Assembly (NCBI GenBank): GCA_951406725.2
Contig: OX597815.1
Span: 141,856,001-141,920,000 of the forward strand
Source: Octopus vulgaris
Lineage: Eukaryota
Reading direction: 5' to 3'
DNA: 64,000 bases
Shown: piece by piece, positions 42,060-55,754 of the stretch
Position numbering within the stretch: position 1 is the stretch's first letter
Layout: every line of letters starts with the position of its first letter
Made by a program: the position numbers and the translations under genes
Notes under the pieces: model-generated
Told to the model about the DNA's origin: nothing
What the model saw: only the letters and a program-made list of their open reading frames with translations
Database searches by the model: none

Positions 42060-42326
42060 TATCCGATGTTGTTAGACCCTTTGCTTCGTTTTAACTTTCG
42101 CATGATGCCACCTGGCTAGTTAGACGAGCAGGTCTGCATTTCTCCTGCTAGAAATCCAAGTCCATCGCAGGGTTGCCCATTTATAACTGACTGGAATGGA
42201 GCAGCTTGAAATGAAGCGATATGAAGTGTTTTACTCAAGAACTCATCTCACCGTTCGGTCCGGATATCAAGCCCCCAATATAGTGATCGTGAAATAAACA
42301 TCGTGAATAATAGTATACGCGCCTTC
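42060..42326 (-). mobile_element. Diverged family C-like SINE
   Basis: gtccatcgcagggtt..ggagcagcttgaaatgaag..gtgttttactcaagaac is the reverse complement of the family C core. Confidence 0.6.
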
Positions 42327-42472
42327 AAATTCCTTTATCCACTTTAGACACTATTTTTTCCTGGGGAGAAATTTATGCTGTTCGCGTCAATATAATTCAT
42401 AAAAAATTTTGTATCTCAAGTTTTTACAAACCCAATATTTATGCACTCTTATTATATCTTATCTGCTTCGGC

Positions 42473-42710
42473 GGAGGCGTGTGACTTAGTTGTTTAGGCG
42501 TTGTACTCATAATCTCAAAATTCCTGTTTCGATTCTGGTGGCGTGTCGTGTTCTTGAGCAAAACATTTGATTTCCCGTTGCTCCAGTCAGCTCAGCTGAT
42601 GAAAATGAGTAATTCTGCGACGGACCGGTTCTCCGGCCGGAGTGGAGGAATATATATGCCATGGAAACCGGAAAACCAGTCCTATGAGTTAGTATGACGC
42701 GAGAAGGACG
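42473..42710 (+). mobile_element. tRNA-derived SINE, family C
   Basis: ggaggcgtgtgacttagttg..gtttcgattct..gttcttgagcaaaaca..gttgctccagtcagctcagctg..gaaaccggaaaaccagtcctatgag is homologous to 3551-3798. Confidence 0.8.
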
Positions 42711-45111
42711 AATTGTTTCTGTTTCATGGTAGAACGCATGTCATGCCTACAATTGTATTCCAGTTTTATTTGCAGTTAGATTCACAATTCCTAAAAAGGA
42801 TTATGTGTAAGATGGACCTCTCCCATCGAAGACGATGTATGAGCGTTCAGCTTTAGCAGAACGACTTGCACAAATGATATTTTTGTAGTGATACGACGCA
42901 TTTTTCTGTGCATTAGCTCACTCCCTCTGTCAAATTGATGCTGCCCGAAAGGATGCACGGCGTTCCACACGTCAGGTTTTGAAGAGATTGCTTATGAACG
43001 TGAAATTAAGTGTTGAAGCAACGATCTCGCGATCGATCGTGAGTGCAACGCCCTAAGTGCTTCGCCGTGCGTGCGTATGCGTGTGTGTGTGTGTGCGTGC
43101 ATGTGGGACTATGTGTATTTGTGTGATATGACTCATTTCAAGTTACTTTGTAGCATAGAAACTGCAGTGTAATCGTGTAGTAAGAGTAAAACATACGACT
43201 GTGGATAGAAACATTTTAATCTCCCAAAACTTTAGTCAAAGACTTTATTACAAACAGTTTTATCTCTTAAGGTAATGCAAACCCGGTGATGGATATTTCA
43301 AATAGATACCTCTGTTCCAACTCACTTCCACATCATTAGTTCATACAACTTATATGTATTGTTATGTATATTGAATGTATTAAATATACGCGTTTGATCT
43401 AAACTAAAATAATGCTTGGAAATTCCATATAGTGAATAAAATATTCATAGATGTTATCGTCCTTTACTGGAGAAAATTTTACGAATGTACTTTTATATGT
43501 GAGTTCACACCAATTTCTCCATTCTCTTCTGGAAATTGCAATTGGAAGGATCAATATATGTTAGAGATATAGATTTGTAGGTGGACGGGATTGATAATCA
43601 TGTTTCAACCAAGAAGACAATAAATGTTCAAAAAAACCATTGCGGCAGAATATCTGAAAGTAGCTACTTATATGTCTTTATTAAATGAAATTAGACTCTA
43701 AATATGATGAACCCACAACGGAATAGGCTTTCAGCGTCACAGAAACGTAAAAAAAATAACGTAAAGTAGGTTTTGCTGAGAATAAATGGGAACACTATAT
43801 GCCAAATATCTGTATATGATAAAATTTATCTTTTAATATATTATACTATCGATCACACAGTGGGATGTGATTACTTGAAAATGATGTGATAGAGTGATAT
43901 ATGCTTAAGTGAATTACAATATCGATATAATAATATTGTATAATCCGAGAGAAACACACGAAAAAATAAATGTGTCTACGAAATAGCTTTAAATGGACGT
44001 GTTAGATTTTTTGTTATTGTGAATGTTACGTTATCTTAGCAGTGTATTTTCAATGTGTATATATGTAAATGTGTGTATGAGTGTGTATGTTTTTACACAC
44101 ACATATACATATCTTCACGTATATATGGAAGAATTTTCGTATATATCTGCGCCCACATGTATGTGTGTGCACATGTTTGCATAGGTGGGCCTCTTTGTAG
44201 CTAGAAGCATATAAAAATCTACACATGATATAAAAATAATCTGTTCATTTTAAACATTAACTGCAGACGTAGCTGAAATATTTCACCGTTGTTTCGTAAG
44301 TGTTTCGCTGCCGATTATTTCAAACAACTGATGCCTTTATTACTACAGACTTTTCTTTATACTTGCCTAATAGATTTTGGTTTTACTGAGTGCTTCACAT
44401 ATAAACTGTCAAACATATGTATAGGTACATGTTTATAGATTTTGGTTTATATAGGTCAGTAAAACTAATCAAGAACCAATCTGTAAACACATGTGTAGTC
44501 CGAGAAAAAATGTACAGGGGTAAGTTATGTTTTACAACGAGAAAGTCACTGAATAAAAGATATGCAAAACGAAAAAATACAAAACGAAAATATAAATAGA
44601 GGGTGAAAGGGAATATGATACACCGTATAAGAATTTTTCTTAATTTATGCGTTTTATACTGAAATTAGAGTACGTTGCAAGCCAAAATCAAGCCGTAATT
44701 TTCAGCAATTTTATAAATTGTTACTGCATTCTATTACTTGACGGTATAATATTCTTGTCAACTCTCCTAAAGAAATAGATTGTTTTCTCCGATTTTTTTT
44801 CTATTTTCCTCACTATTTTCAATAGATATTTATCTGTAAACGCCTTCGTGATCTTTTATGTTTTCTAAACCATTTCTTATAAAAATATGGTTTCAGCAGT
44901 AAACATATATCAGTTAAGATTTAGGATAACACCATTCGCATTTTAACAATGGAATAGATACATAGATACATACATACATGCATACATGTATGCATACATA
45001 CATATGTACATATAACTATATGTATTCAGAAAACACACACACACACTCACACACGCATATACATACATACATAAATACATACATACATACGTACGTAAAA
45101 TATATATGAGA

Positions 45112-45414
45112 GCGAAGAAAAACAATATGAAACAGAAGCTGAATCACCACAGGTATACTGTTAGAAACAGAAATAGATGGAACACTACAAGATTAAGTGA
45201 CTCTATATAGGACCTTAAGGATGAGGAAATAAACTATAAAGTACATTGGAAAATCTTAACAACAGCATTAGCGTATAGTATTAGACATAGAAAATGTATG
45301 TTATGTATTAATGAAATTGTCTTTGTAATTAAAGCCAAACTTCCGCTTATAAACAATCCTAATGAACGTAACAAATCCTGTCTTCATAAAAATAGGCATA
45401 CTTTCTCCAAATAA
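45112..45414 (+). pseudogene. Penelope-like element, GIY-YIG endonuclease C-terminal half (Naiad/Neptune-like)
   Basis: MKQKLNHHRYTVRN..TTRLSDSI*DLKDEEINYKVHWKILTTALAY..RKCMLCINEIVFVI..LINNPNERNKSCLHKNRH* fits the pattern TxLSxxIWxLK..WxIL..CxLCxxE..LN..C.H. Confidence 0.75.
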
Positions 45415-45942
45415 TACTAGTATCTAGTAATGAAACTCCTACTGGCATATTAATTATCCGTGCTCTGTTATATCATATACTATATATGTACAGGTATATA
45501 AATGAATGTATATATATAGTGAGTTTGTTTTGGTTGTGTGCATAAATACATGTATGTGTGAGTATATATATTGCCGTTATCTTTGTACACATATCTGTAC
45601 GTGTAAATGTATGTGCACACACATATATGTGTATGCGAGCATGTATGTGTGTGCCTGTAAGTGTGTGTGTGCGTATATATATATATGTACATATGTATAT
45701 GCATATTCGGTTATACTCATAGTGATCCGAGTATGCAAGTATAATCATAAGTTAGGATATATATATATATATGTGTGTGTGTATGAAAATGTGCTCATAC
45801 TTGTATGCGTATATATGACAAAAGACGGAGGATTCAATAGATTCTTTGTAGATATCTTCACAGATATTTTGAAAATGAATATACACATATATAAATATAT
45901 GAAGTTCAGGATGAGGATTCGGACTGGGTTGACTCTCTATGT

Positions 45943-46070
45943 ATGCGCACATATGGTTGTGATTCATGTACCTAGTGTACCCTTATAAGACGGGTAGTCA
46001 TGATGGGTATACTGGACTTCGTATACTTTACCCCAGTGTCACTTTGATGGCATGCACTGCTCTCTCACTC

Positions 46071-46138
<68 letters not shown>

Positions 46139-46325
46139 ATGGAACAAATAGGGGCTGCAATAAGGGTGACGCACTTTCAGAAAACCGCACTGCTTGGAAC
46201 CGCACGAATACTCCGGATGGTGCTCGAAGAAAAAGGGGTGTTACGTTAGTTCACTCTTAGTAACCAGCTGGCACCATAGTACATCTCCAGCGTTAGAAGT
46301 TGTGCAAAGACAATAAATAATAATA
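45943..46325 (+). mobile_element. Two stacked 3' ends in (AAT)n: non-coding TAA repeat (45943-46070) and Dong 3' end (46139-46325)
   Basis: First part matches 10608-10730 (reverse complement). Second encodes MEQIGAAIRVTHFQKTALLGTARILRMVLE and matches 12100-12280. Confidence 0.85.
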
Positions 46326-47789
46326 ATTTCTTAAGTAACCGTTGTACAAAATCCATCATCTGATTTTTCTGGGCGTTTTTTTCTGGTTACAATCATGCAT
46401 ATGGACAGGGAGAGAGAGAAAAAAATCTGTTCATAAATTCATGCTTCTCAGATGCCGATTACGGAAGCCATAATCCGAAATATTCGTATCCTCTAATTCT
46501 TTTCAGTACTAATTATCACTTATGAGGCATTGTTTGTTGAAGGTTTTCTACACATAGTAATTCCATTTTTGGAACAACTGCTTTGGTCTCGTTAAACTTC
46601 GATACGTTGTAAATAATTTGGGCACTGATTCTCATGATGAAAGTTCTACTGCTAATTTTCAAAGAGCCAGTGTCATACAATCACGTTTTTTATATGTGCA
46701 CAAAATTTGCAAACATTTTAGAATTACTTTCTACTTCTGAGTCATATAATAACAAATATATAATATAATTATATAACTATTATTTATTTTAGCATTTTGT
46801 ATTATCCTCGTCAACTTTAATAAATATCTAATATTTTGCATCACGTATTCCTTCAAATTCTATACACTATACATACATTAAATAGTTGTTAAATCGGGTA
46901 ACGTATAGAAAGTTTTAATTTAAATTCACTGTCTATTGAGAATGATTCACTTCTCTTGATATTTCACCACTATTCTGGCTAAAAGCAAACCAATCATTTA
47001 GAAGCTCAAAATAGCTTCTAGACATTATCTAAATATAAATATAACCTCGCGTGATTGTGTGTTCCAATAAGATAACGAAATATCCATTAAGTATCTATTT
47101 TATATTTATTTATATTATGGACGTTAAGTATTATTTTTATTTTATTCTATGCTCTTTAATTATGCATAAGGTAACTTATTCGATTCTGATCAGCTAAGTC
47201 TCAAAACAAAAATATTTTTGTAGCTATATCACGAATATATCTCACATACAGTGAACAATCTATATTTTATCAGCAGATCTAATTTTGTGATGAATTATGT
47301 GCTTAGTTTAATTTGAAATTCTAAATGCGTCCTCTAAATATTTAGATTGAATTAATGGACATAAATCATTTATAAAACATACGAACAAATTGTTGAAAGC
47401 GATCTCTTTTTCAATTTTCTTTATTGTTTTGCGTTAATCTAAACATATCACCCTCGCAACGTAACTTTTCAACAGAAGCAATGAAATTCAGCAGGTATAA
47501 TAACGAATAATTACTTTCATTATCTAATCTATCAAAATATTTCCATTATTTAATCTATCAATTCGATAGCTACTGTTACTCTAAGCGCTAACCTATTTCT
47601 CGTATTTCTCAAAAACAAGAACAAGGTTGATGTAAGCGACAACCCACTTTCAGCAAAGCAGCTAGGTGGCTCATATCTATATTCATTGTATTGATTCTTT
47701 TTGCAAATTGTAACTTCAAGGTTTAACTGGAATCACCATCGAAACTAAGCTGTGTCTATATCAGAGGGGATGTCGAAACCCATCTTCAT

Positions 47790-47892
47790 CCCTCTCAGTC
47801 TAATCAGTCTCAGTCTAAATCAGTCTCAGTCTAAATCCTTCTCCGCCTAAATTTTCTGTCTAAATCCCTCTCGGTCTAAATCTCTCTCAGTT
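47790..47892. repeat. Degenerate ~16-bp minisatellite (tctcagtctaaatc)
   Basis: Six to seven imperfect tandem units. Confidence 0.75.
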
Positions 47893-48874
47893 AATATTCG
47901 TGTATATTGTATAAAAATGGACAAAGGAAAAGAAAGTCATCACGACTTCCAAGAATAAAATGAAAGAATTATTTCCAAAACTCAAGTTACACATAGTATT
48001 TAATATTTCAGTTGTACCTTTGATTTTATTAATTCAGTGAAATAGTAGGTCTAGTTTGATGCCTAAATTTGAAGCGTATTTTATGCTGGTTAATTCATGT
48101 AAATATTTTCAATATATTTTTGAAGCAATAGTAACTAGTACCACTAAAACTATTTATGTGCGATCCAATTAATTCTGTTGAGCACAGTTCTCGCACCGCG
48201 ACTCTCTTATTACTGAATCTATTTAATGCAATAGAAGTGTTGACAAATGATTATATATTCTTAGTAGCATAGGAGTTTCCACCAAGACAGTGGTATTTCA
48301 ATCATGATTTGGTTCATGAAGTACAAGCTTCAATAAAAATGCTATGCTGCGTTTCTCAACGCAGAAAGTATCATGAAAACCAAAAAATGAATCGATGTTT
48401 GATTATAGATTCATATCTTCGGAAATTTACTTTTCGTTTCTCAAGACAGGAGTACAGTAATCTATAATGCATCACAGATAACTGTAACAATAAGGCCTAG
48501 AAATATTATTTCGGTCATACCAGATAAAGATATAAAGGATTATGTTTCTACTCTATGATTTCGATTCCATTTCGTTCAATAGGAACGGTTTTCGTTTAGA
48601 AAGCGAGAATTAGTGTATTTAGTAGAGGTTTCATGTGTTAACTTTAAGCAAGTGTACAAGAACGTAAAATACATTCAGTGAATGATACAAAAGAAACATG
48701 GGTGAATATATACAGCTGAGCTGAAAGTAATTATGCTTCAAATACATCTTGTCAATTTCTAGTATTAAATTAATATTTTGCATTCGTTTTTGAAGACAAC
48801 AACAGCACCGTTGCGATTTCTTAAAGACAAGCAGTACGGAAAAAGCATCAAGATTATATAAAGAGAACATCCAC

Positions 48875-48992
48875 TGCGTTTCTGTCTCTCAAATTCGTCT
48901 TCCTGAGGCAATAGTAGAAGAAACTTGCCCAATTAAGAGCAGTGGGACTGAACTCGGAAACACATGATAATTAAGCGGTCTTCTTAACGACA
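48875..48992 (-). mobile_element. Degraded 5' part of SINE family B
   Basis: atagtagaagaaacttgccca..gcagtgggactgaactcggaa is the reverse complement of 53700-53752. Confidence 0.65.
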
Positions 48993-51900
48993 GAGTCAGA
49001 CTGAAAAGGCATTTCCAGACAGATCTATTCGTGTGGCTTCCTGATTGGGTTTAACATCTAGATCTCTAATGCATAACTTCTCGAAGAGAGGGTATCCATA
49101 ATGCAACAAATGTGAAGCCGCTTTCTTCATAACCCGGAGGAATAAAGTTGAAAATATATAATATGTATAGTCTTTTAGCTTTAATATATTGAGAAGCCGC
49201 CGATGTATTTCACAAAGGAAAGCGAAAATAAATATAGATATTTCATGCAGTTTTATACTCGACCAAAATTCTAAATATTTGAAGAATTTGGTGACTGTCT
49301 TATTTTCGAACATGAGGACATTCTTCCATTTCTGCTGCGTTTCTCCTTCGCTATCAGGTTCCAATGCAGCAAGCACAACAAATTCATTTGTATGCAAATT
49401 ATAACTTCCGGAATACTTGTCATCTTGCCACTTGTCGCTGTGTATTGCAAGTGTAACATCTTTTTTGATTTATTCTACCACGTTTCTTCCGTCCTTGAAC
49501 AAAATATGTTTTGGGAGCTGAAACCATGGCAAAATGAAGAGTGGAGAATGTAACAGTATTAGAATTTTCTTTTATATTACATTCTGCAACCCTCTACATT
49601 CGCTATTAATCTGGTTATTCAGAATTGTAAAATGAGTTTTGTAGAGAGAATGGTGCGTCTGGCATGCTGCAATAAAAGTTTTTAAAAAACAATTCCGGGA
49701 ATTCTTTAAGTAGGAAGGTCAACAGTAACTGTTAGCACCGTTTTATTTCTTGGCACACATGGTCATAACACTTTTGAATATGAAAACGTTTCTGGATGTA
49801 GGTCATCAAGTGAATCTGCTACTTCTTGAATATGGATTGCACTAGATTTACAGAAAATACCTATATCGGATTCTTCCCCAACATTCTCTCATAAATATTG
49901 GTATATTAAAACGGCGCTAACATACACCTATGAATCCACAGTTGTAATGTGTTGCTTTCATTGTTATTTTTAGGACTGAGCTATACCATGACACTTTGTA
50001 ACATTGAATTCTTTTGATTCTGATTTCGTCTTGAGAATGTATATTGCGTGGTTGATAATAATACTCAAATAACATTCTACTTAACTCCACATTCTTGAGA
50101 ATCCTTTTGTCATCTGTATGTGGTGCCTCATTTTGTGTAGACATGCGTTCGCAATGTTTCGAGGACATTTTCGTCGTGTTGCTGTATGTAAGTCAGCATG
50201 TTGAGCCAAGTTACATTGTCATTGCTTTTGAAAATATTTTATCATTGCGAATCTGTTTATCCTTCAAAAACCTAAATAAAAGATGCGTACTCACTGCTTT
50301 TACAAATACAGATTCTGTGGTTGAATAAATTGTTTCGTGAGCTGGTGTTCGGGGAGCTTCATACGCTGGTCATATTTATTTCCATTTTCTTTTCTTTTAT
50401 TCTCTAACTTCTTATATTTGCTGTTTTATTTAAAGAAAAGGTACGTTAACCTTTCATATGGAGCCATTCGTGGAATAACGTGCTTGGCCAAACTGCGAAT
50501 CTAGAAAGGGAGTAGCAAGAAAAGAAAAAAATGAATAAAGAATTCTACGCAAACAGAAAATTGTGGCTTAAAATGAGTTTCCAGTAGACACTTAACAAAC
50601 TGACTAGCATACTTTTAATGCTTTATTCTCAAATTTGGAACATTTTTAACAATAACAAATAAATTCATGTATTATTTATACAGATTTTACAAAGAATAAA
50701 CAGATAAGATTTTAAAATAAATTTTACAAATACTTCTTCAGGAATCGTAAATATTAGGAAAGATATAATTTCTTTTACTTTATTATATATTTAATGTAAA
50801 TTATACTTATTAAGTACTATTTCCTGTACAATAAAAAGTATATTGCTTTTGACATCTTCGCTTCCATATTTTCCTAGTAAATAATAAATTAAACCTTGCT
50901 TGTGTCACTATGCTGAATAAATTGTATAAATTAACTGCTTATTTTTTTTACCGATTTATTTGTTTATCATTTGTTTGCTTTCACCAAATAAATTTCCCTG
51001 AAATCTTCCTGTAGTGGGGGTAGCATGTATCAGATTGACAGTCAGTGTCTTTTTGAGTGACGTCTTAATAAATTCTTTAATACTATTGAACAGTAAAAAT
51101 TTAGTTTTCAAATATTTTATTTCATTTTCATGAAACTCAATATGTACTTTGTAAAATAGTTACATACTCTTAAGATTCCTTGTAAAGTTTCATTTTCATC
51201 ATAAGAATGTCTCTTTGTAGCTGATTTGAGGGAGATTTGGTTGTTGTTTCTAGCAGGTCAAGTACGTAGGTAAAAGTTTTTATGTTTCTCAATAAATGTG
51301 TGTGATACTAAGATTTGTGGCTGACGAATACAAAAAAGAACAATTTTTTGTGAAAGCGGTCCCTCAGCATGGCCTCTGTTAAATGACTGAAAGAATAAAT
51401 ATACATGTAATAGAAAGTTCATGAGAAAGTTCTAGATATTCAATCATTCTAAGATTTTTGAATTAGAATATACACTTTCTCGCACAAGCTAAAGTCATGA
51501 TAAAAGAATGTCTAAGTAGATTTCTTATATTGTATCCTAAAGGTTGGAACAAGTAATGTATGTTCCGCTGAGCCAAATCTCGGGTTTGTGAAAGGATATG
51601 TCTGCTGGTGATTACAAAAACACCTAACACAATTAGAAATATATTCCACATGCTACAAGTGTCACTTATCTGTCAGTAACATCTGTTTATATTGAGTACG
51701 ACTTATTTCAGTCTTTATCAATATAAGAAGGGAATATGTGATTATCAAAATTTCTTTCGTAATAAATACAATTGAGTAATTTTGTTTTTTAATAAATGTA
51801 TGACGTATGTAATGTGTAGCAGTTACAGGGAATTTGATTTAGTGTTAGCAGATAATGGAAGTTAACAAGAATTGTGTTATATGAATTAAGAAAGTATGTG

Positions 51901-53366
51901 GAACTAAGTAATATTTATCCTGCGTATTCTGCGTCAAGCACTTCTTAACTTTCAGTTCATAAGGAAAAGAAATACGAAAACTTGTACAATATATTATGAA
52001 GCGCAGGAATGAAACACCTGCGAGAGATATAAAGATGATTCATCATACAAATGTGTGCAGTATTGAAACATCACAATTTACAGAGACATAAACAGTCAAA
52101 CATTTATGATGAATATGATAAAACACTTTCTTATGTAAAAATCATACATTGTTCCATGCATTAAATGTAGTTTTCCGTCGTGAAGAAAGCAAAACTTCAG
52201 CAATCATCTTACATATATATCAAATGCTCTCGAGGGAGAATAATTGACAGATTTATCGCAACGAAAACAAAACTTCGGATTTGTTAGGTGTTGTGAGAAA
52301 ATATTTCATTTTAAATATCTAGTGTCTCTGGAGTATAGTAGGTTTCTTCGGTACGGGATTTTACTGTATAGTGTTTGTCAGCTCCGAATATCAGTATCAT
52401 AGTCTTAATATCCGAGTCTTCATGTAAATAGTTTTATCACAAAGTATGTGCACATGATTCAGAAAATATTAACAGTACCACAATAATGTTGAACCAGCTA
52501 GGGTGTTTTAACACTGTAGGTAGGCGTAAATCTCGGAATCGTGTAAGGCTAGTATACGAACATCAGTCTAAGAGAATATAAAATATAATTATTAAAAGGA
52601 AGGTGAGCGCTGGCTTTTTGATAAATTCATATTTGAAAATGCGAATAACAGGTGAAATTTAAGACGCACAGGGAGCATAGGCCCCAAAATACTCATTTAA
52701 AACCTCTATACAGTTGCCTCATCTGTGAGCAATAGGAGCCATAGACCCCTTGTATCCTATAATAAAATTGTTAACAAGTTAAAGAACAATATGCTGTTTG
52801 CTCTAAACATGTCATGGCCATGACAAGCGGGAACTACTTTGATCATGTATCAACTTAGATAACGCGACGTGGAGCTCTACTGAATTAGAAGCTAAAGATT
52901 ATAGGATATAGATTTATAGAGCTACAAAATTTAACAGATTTCAGCTGACACAATATAATGGTGAGCAACATATCAATTCAAAACCTGTCAAGAGGAATTT
53001 TAATTTACAAAGCTCAATTATTAAAGAGAAAACAATGTGCTGACCAAACTGTGATTGACGAAATACACCGATATGTGGTTTAAAAGTTGACATCCAAAAA
53101 TAAAATATATTTCGTTGAAAATGTCTATCCACATCAAAGAAATTACTTACGAATGCTTAGGGAAGAGACTTACATATATTACCCTCTTCAGTTCATTCAC
53201 TCCCATCAGCCACAAAATTTCGAAATATAATTGAAGATGAAGTCAAAGAAAGACTATTCATTTTATGAGCTACAGTTTCATGAAAATAATTTAAACAAAA
53301 CATTTCTGAGAAAATATGTGTGTGTGTGTGTGTGCATGTGTGCACACGCAAACACACAAGCACCAG

Positions 53367-53399
<33 letters not shown>

Positions 53400-53400
<1 letters not shown>

Positions 53401-53598
53401 TTTATTTGTTTCAGTCATTTGACTGCGGCCTTGCTCGAGCACCGCGTTTAGTCGACCAAATTGACCCCAGGACTTAATCTTTGTAAGCCTAGTACTTATT
53501 CTATCAGTTTGTCTTGCCTAACCACTAGATGACGGGGACGTAAACACACCACCATCGACTGTCAAGCGATGTTGAAAGGAACAAGCACAGACACACAA
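53400..53598 (-). mobile_element. SINE family B, 3' half
   Basis: Reverse-complement homologue of 53855-54055. Confidence 0.85.
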
Positions 53599-53617
53599 GG
53601 ATATATAAATATATGTG

Positions 53618-53659
<42 letters not shown>

Positions 53660-53666
<7 letters not shown>

Positions 53667-54055
53667 CTGTGTGGTAAGTAGCTTGTCTACCAACCACATG
53701 GCTCCGGGTTCAGTCCCACTGCGTGGCACCTTGGGCAACTGTCTTCTACTATACCCTCGGGCCGACCAAAGCTTTGTGAGTGGATTTGGTAGACGGAAAC
53801 TGAAAGAAGCCCGTCGTATATATACATATATATATATATATATGCGTGTGTGTGTTTGTGTGTCTGTGTTTGTCCCCTAGCATTGCTTGACAACCGATGC
53901 TGGTGTGTTTATGTCCACGTTACTTAGCGGTTCGGCAAAAGCGACTGATATAATAAGTACTGGGCTTACAAAAGAATAAGTCCCGGGGTCGAGTTGCTCG
54001 ATTAAAGGCGGTGCTCCAGCATGGCCGCAGTCAAATAACTGAAACAAGTAAAAGA
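53660..54055 (+). mobile_element. tRNA-derived SINE family B (CORE-like centre), near full length
   Basis: A box TGGCTGTGTGGT, B box GGTTCAGTCCC, gcaccttgggcaa CORE-like segment, internal microsatellite, and 3' ccagcatggccgcagtcaaataactgaaacaag. Confidence 0.85.
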
Positions 54056-54829
54056 GATATATATACAAATATATATATTGCTTGTGTTTCATGTCTCATT
54101 TCTCTGATTTTTTGTTCGGAAAAAGTTCGTTTTCTAAGTTTTTGTTTTTATGTTTTCCTTTCTCTTTGTGTTGAACGCTTTTTTTATGTCCTGTAACCAT
54201 ATATGAATATATATATATACTTCTATATGTAGGTATCTAAATATATGTATGTATATAGGACTATATTTATATATTATTTATATCATATGATCGAACGTCA
54301 CGCATCCTTTTCCAAGTAAGTTTCATCTTAATATTTACGATTCGCACTCTTCTGTCTCTACCACCTCTTCTCTGTCTATCTCACTCCCCACTCTTGTCCT
54401 TTATCCTTTCTGGTTTTCTCTCCCCCTCTTCCCTATTCTTCTCCTCTCCTCTTTCCCGTTCCCTCTGTCTTAGTTTTCCTCCTTGACTCTCTCGTCGCTG
54501 GCACGTGACGAAAGGGATCCCATATTTCTGTCCATTTCCTTCCTAAAGACAAGACGTGCTTATACCTGTCTCCTCTCATAGATTGTCTTCCTGGCGTTCA
54601 TAATAATTTTTCTATCGTCTTGGCTCAGCAACCCTTACAGTTTGTTTTCACTCACTTTTTCTCACTGATATGTTCTTTTTACCACTTTCACTCTCCGCAA
54701 AATGTCGGAAATCTTATTTCATTTGCTTTGCGGGAAGGACTGTTTCAATGAAGTTGCATATTGTCCTAAACTTCGCCACGCGGATAGATGAAACAGGGAC
54801 AACTGAGGAAGAGGAATATTCTTGTTGCA

Positions 54830-55062
54830 TAAAGGCTGCGACCTGGCAGAAACTTTAGCGCGCCGGGCGAAATGCTTAGCGATATTTCGTCTGTCTTTTA
54901 CGTTCTGAGTTCAAATTCCGCCGAGGTCGACTTTGCCTTTCATCCTATCGGGGTCGATAAATTAAGTACCTGTTACGCACTGAGGTCAATGTAATCGACT
55001 TGATCCCTTTGTCTATCCTTGTTTGTCCCCTCTATGTTTGGCCCCTTGTGGGCAATAAAAAA
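54830..55062 (+). mobile_element. tRNA-derived SINE, family A (young)
   Basis: ctggcagaaactttagcgcgccgggcgaaatgcttagcg..gagttcaaattccgccgaggtcgactttgcctttcatcc..ggggtcgataaa. Confidence 0.9.
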
Positions 55063-55202
55063 ATAATTGTTTATGTTGAATGTCTCGTTTCTTTGTTTTG
55101 TTTATTCGTTGTTCGGAAAGATGTTCGTTTTCTATGTTTTTGTTTTAAGTTCTATGTTTTCTCATTCTGTTCAACGTTTTGTTGATGTCCTGTACTCATA
55201 TA

Positions 55203-55258
<56 letters not shown>

Positions 55259-55317
55259 TATGAAGTTGTGTACGTATATGTATGTATATATGCATATATT
55301 TATATATTATTTATATT

Positions 55318-55353
<36 letters not shown>

Positions 55354-55357
<4 letters not shown>

Positions 55358-55367
55358 AAGCCCGTCG

Positions 55368-55421
<54 letters not shown>

Positions 55422-55754
55422 TGTGTGTGTTTGTCCCCTAGCATTGCTTGACAACCGATGCTGGTGTGTTTATGTCCACGTTACTTAGCGATTCGGCAAA
55501 AGCGACCGATAGAATAAGTACTGGTCTTACAAAAGAATAAGTCCCGGGGTCGAGTTGCTCGATTAAAGGCGGTGCTCCAGCATGGCCGCAGTCAAATAAC
55601 TGAAGCAAGTAAAAGAGATATATATACAAATATATATATTGAAGGGGAATATTGCTTGTGTTTCATGTCTCGTTTCTCTGATTTTTTGTTCGGAAAAAGT
55701 TCGTTTTCTAAGTTTTTGTTTTAATGTTTTCCTTTCTCTTTGTGTTCAACGCTT
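55354..55754 (+). repeat. Local duplicate of 53803-54180 (SINE B 3' part plus its flank)
   Basis: Shares the SINE/flank junction aaaagagatatatatacaaatatatatatt and the downstream flank. Confidence 0.9.

Noticed and set aside
47790-47892. Short regular repeats suggestive of a CRISPR array
   Set aside because: Tandem degenerate units without unique spacers, in eukaryotic DNA; a minisatellite.
52810-52825. Perfect 16-bp palindrome tgtcatggccatgaca
   Set aside because: About one such palindrome is expected by chance in 64 kb (64000/4^8).
54790-55195. CTGAGGA followed much later by GAAA in a repeat split by a SINE: possible hammerhead
   Set aside because: I could not form a stem I adjacent to a UH cleavage triplet.
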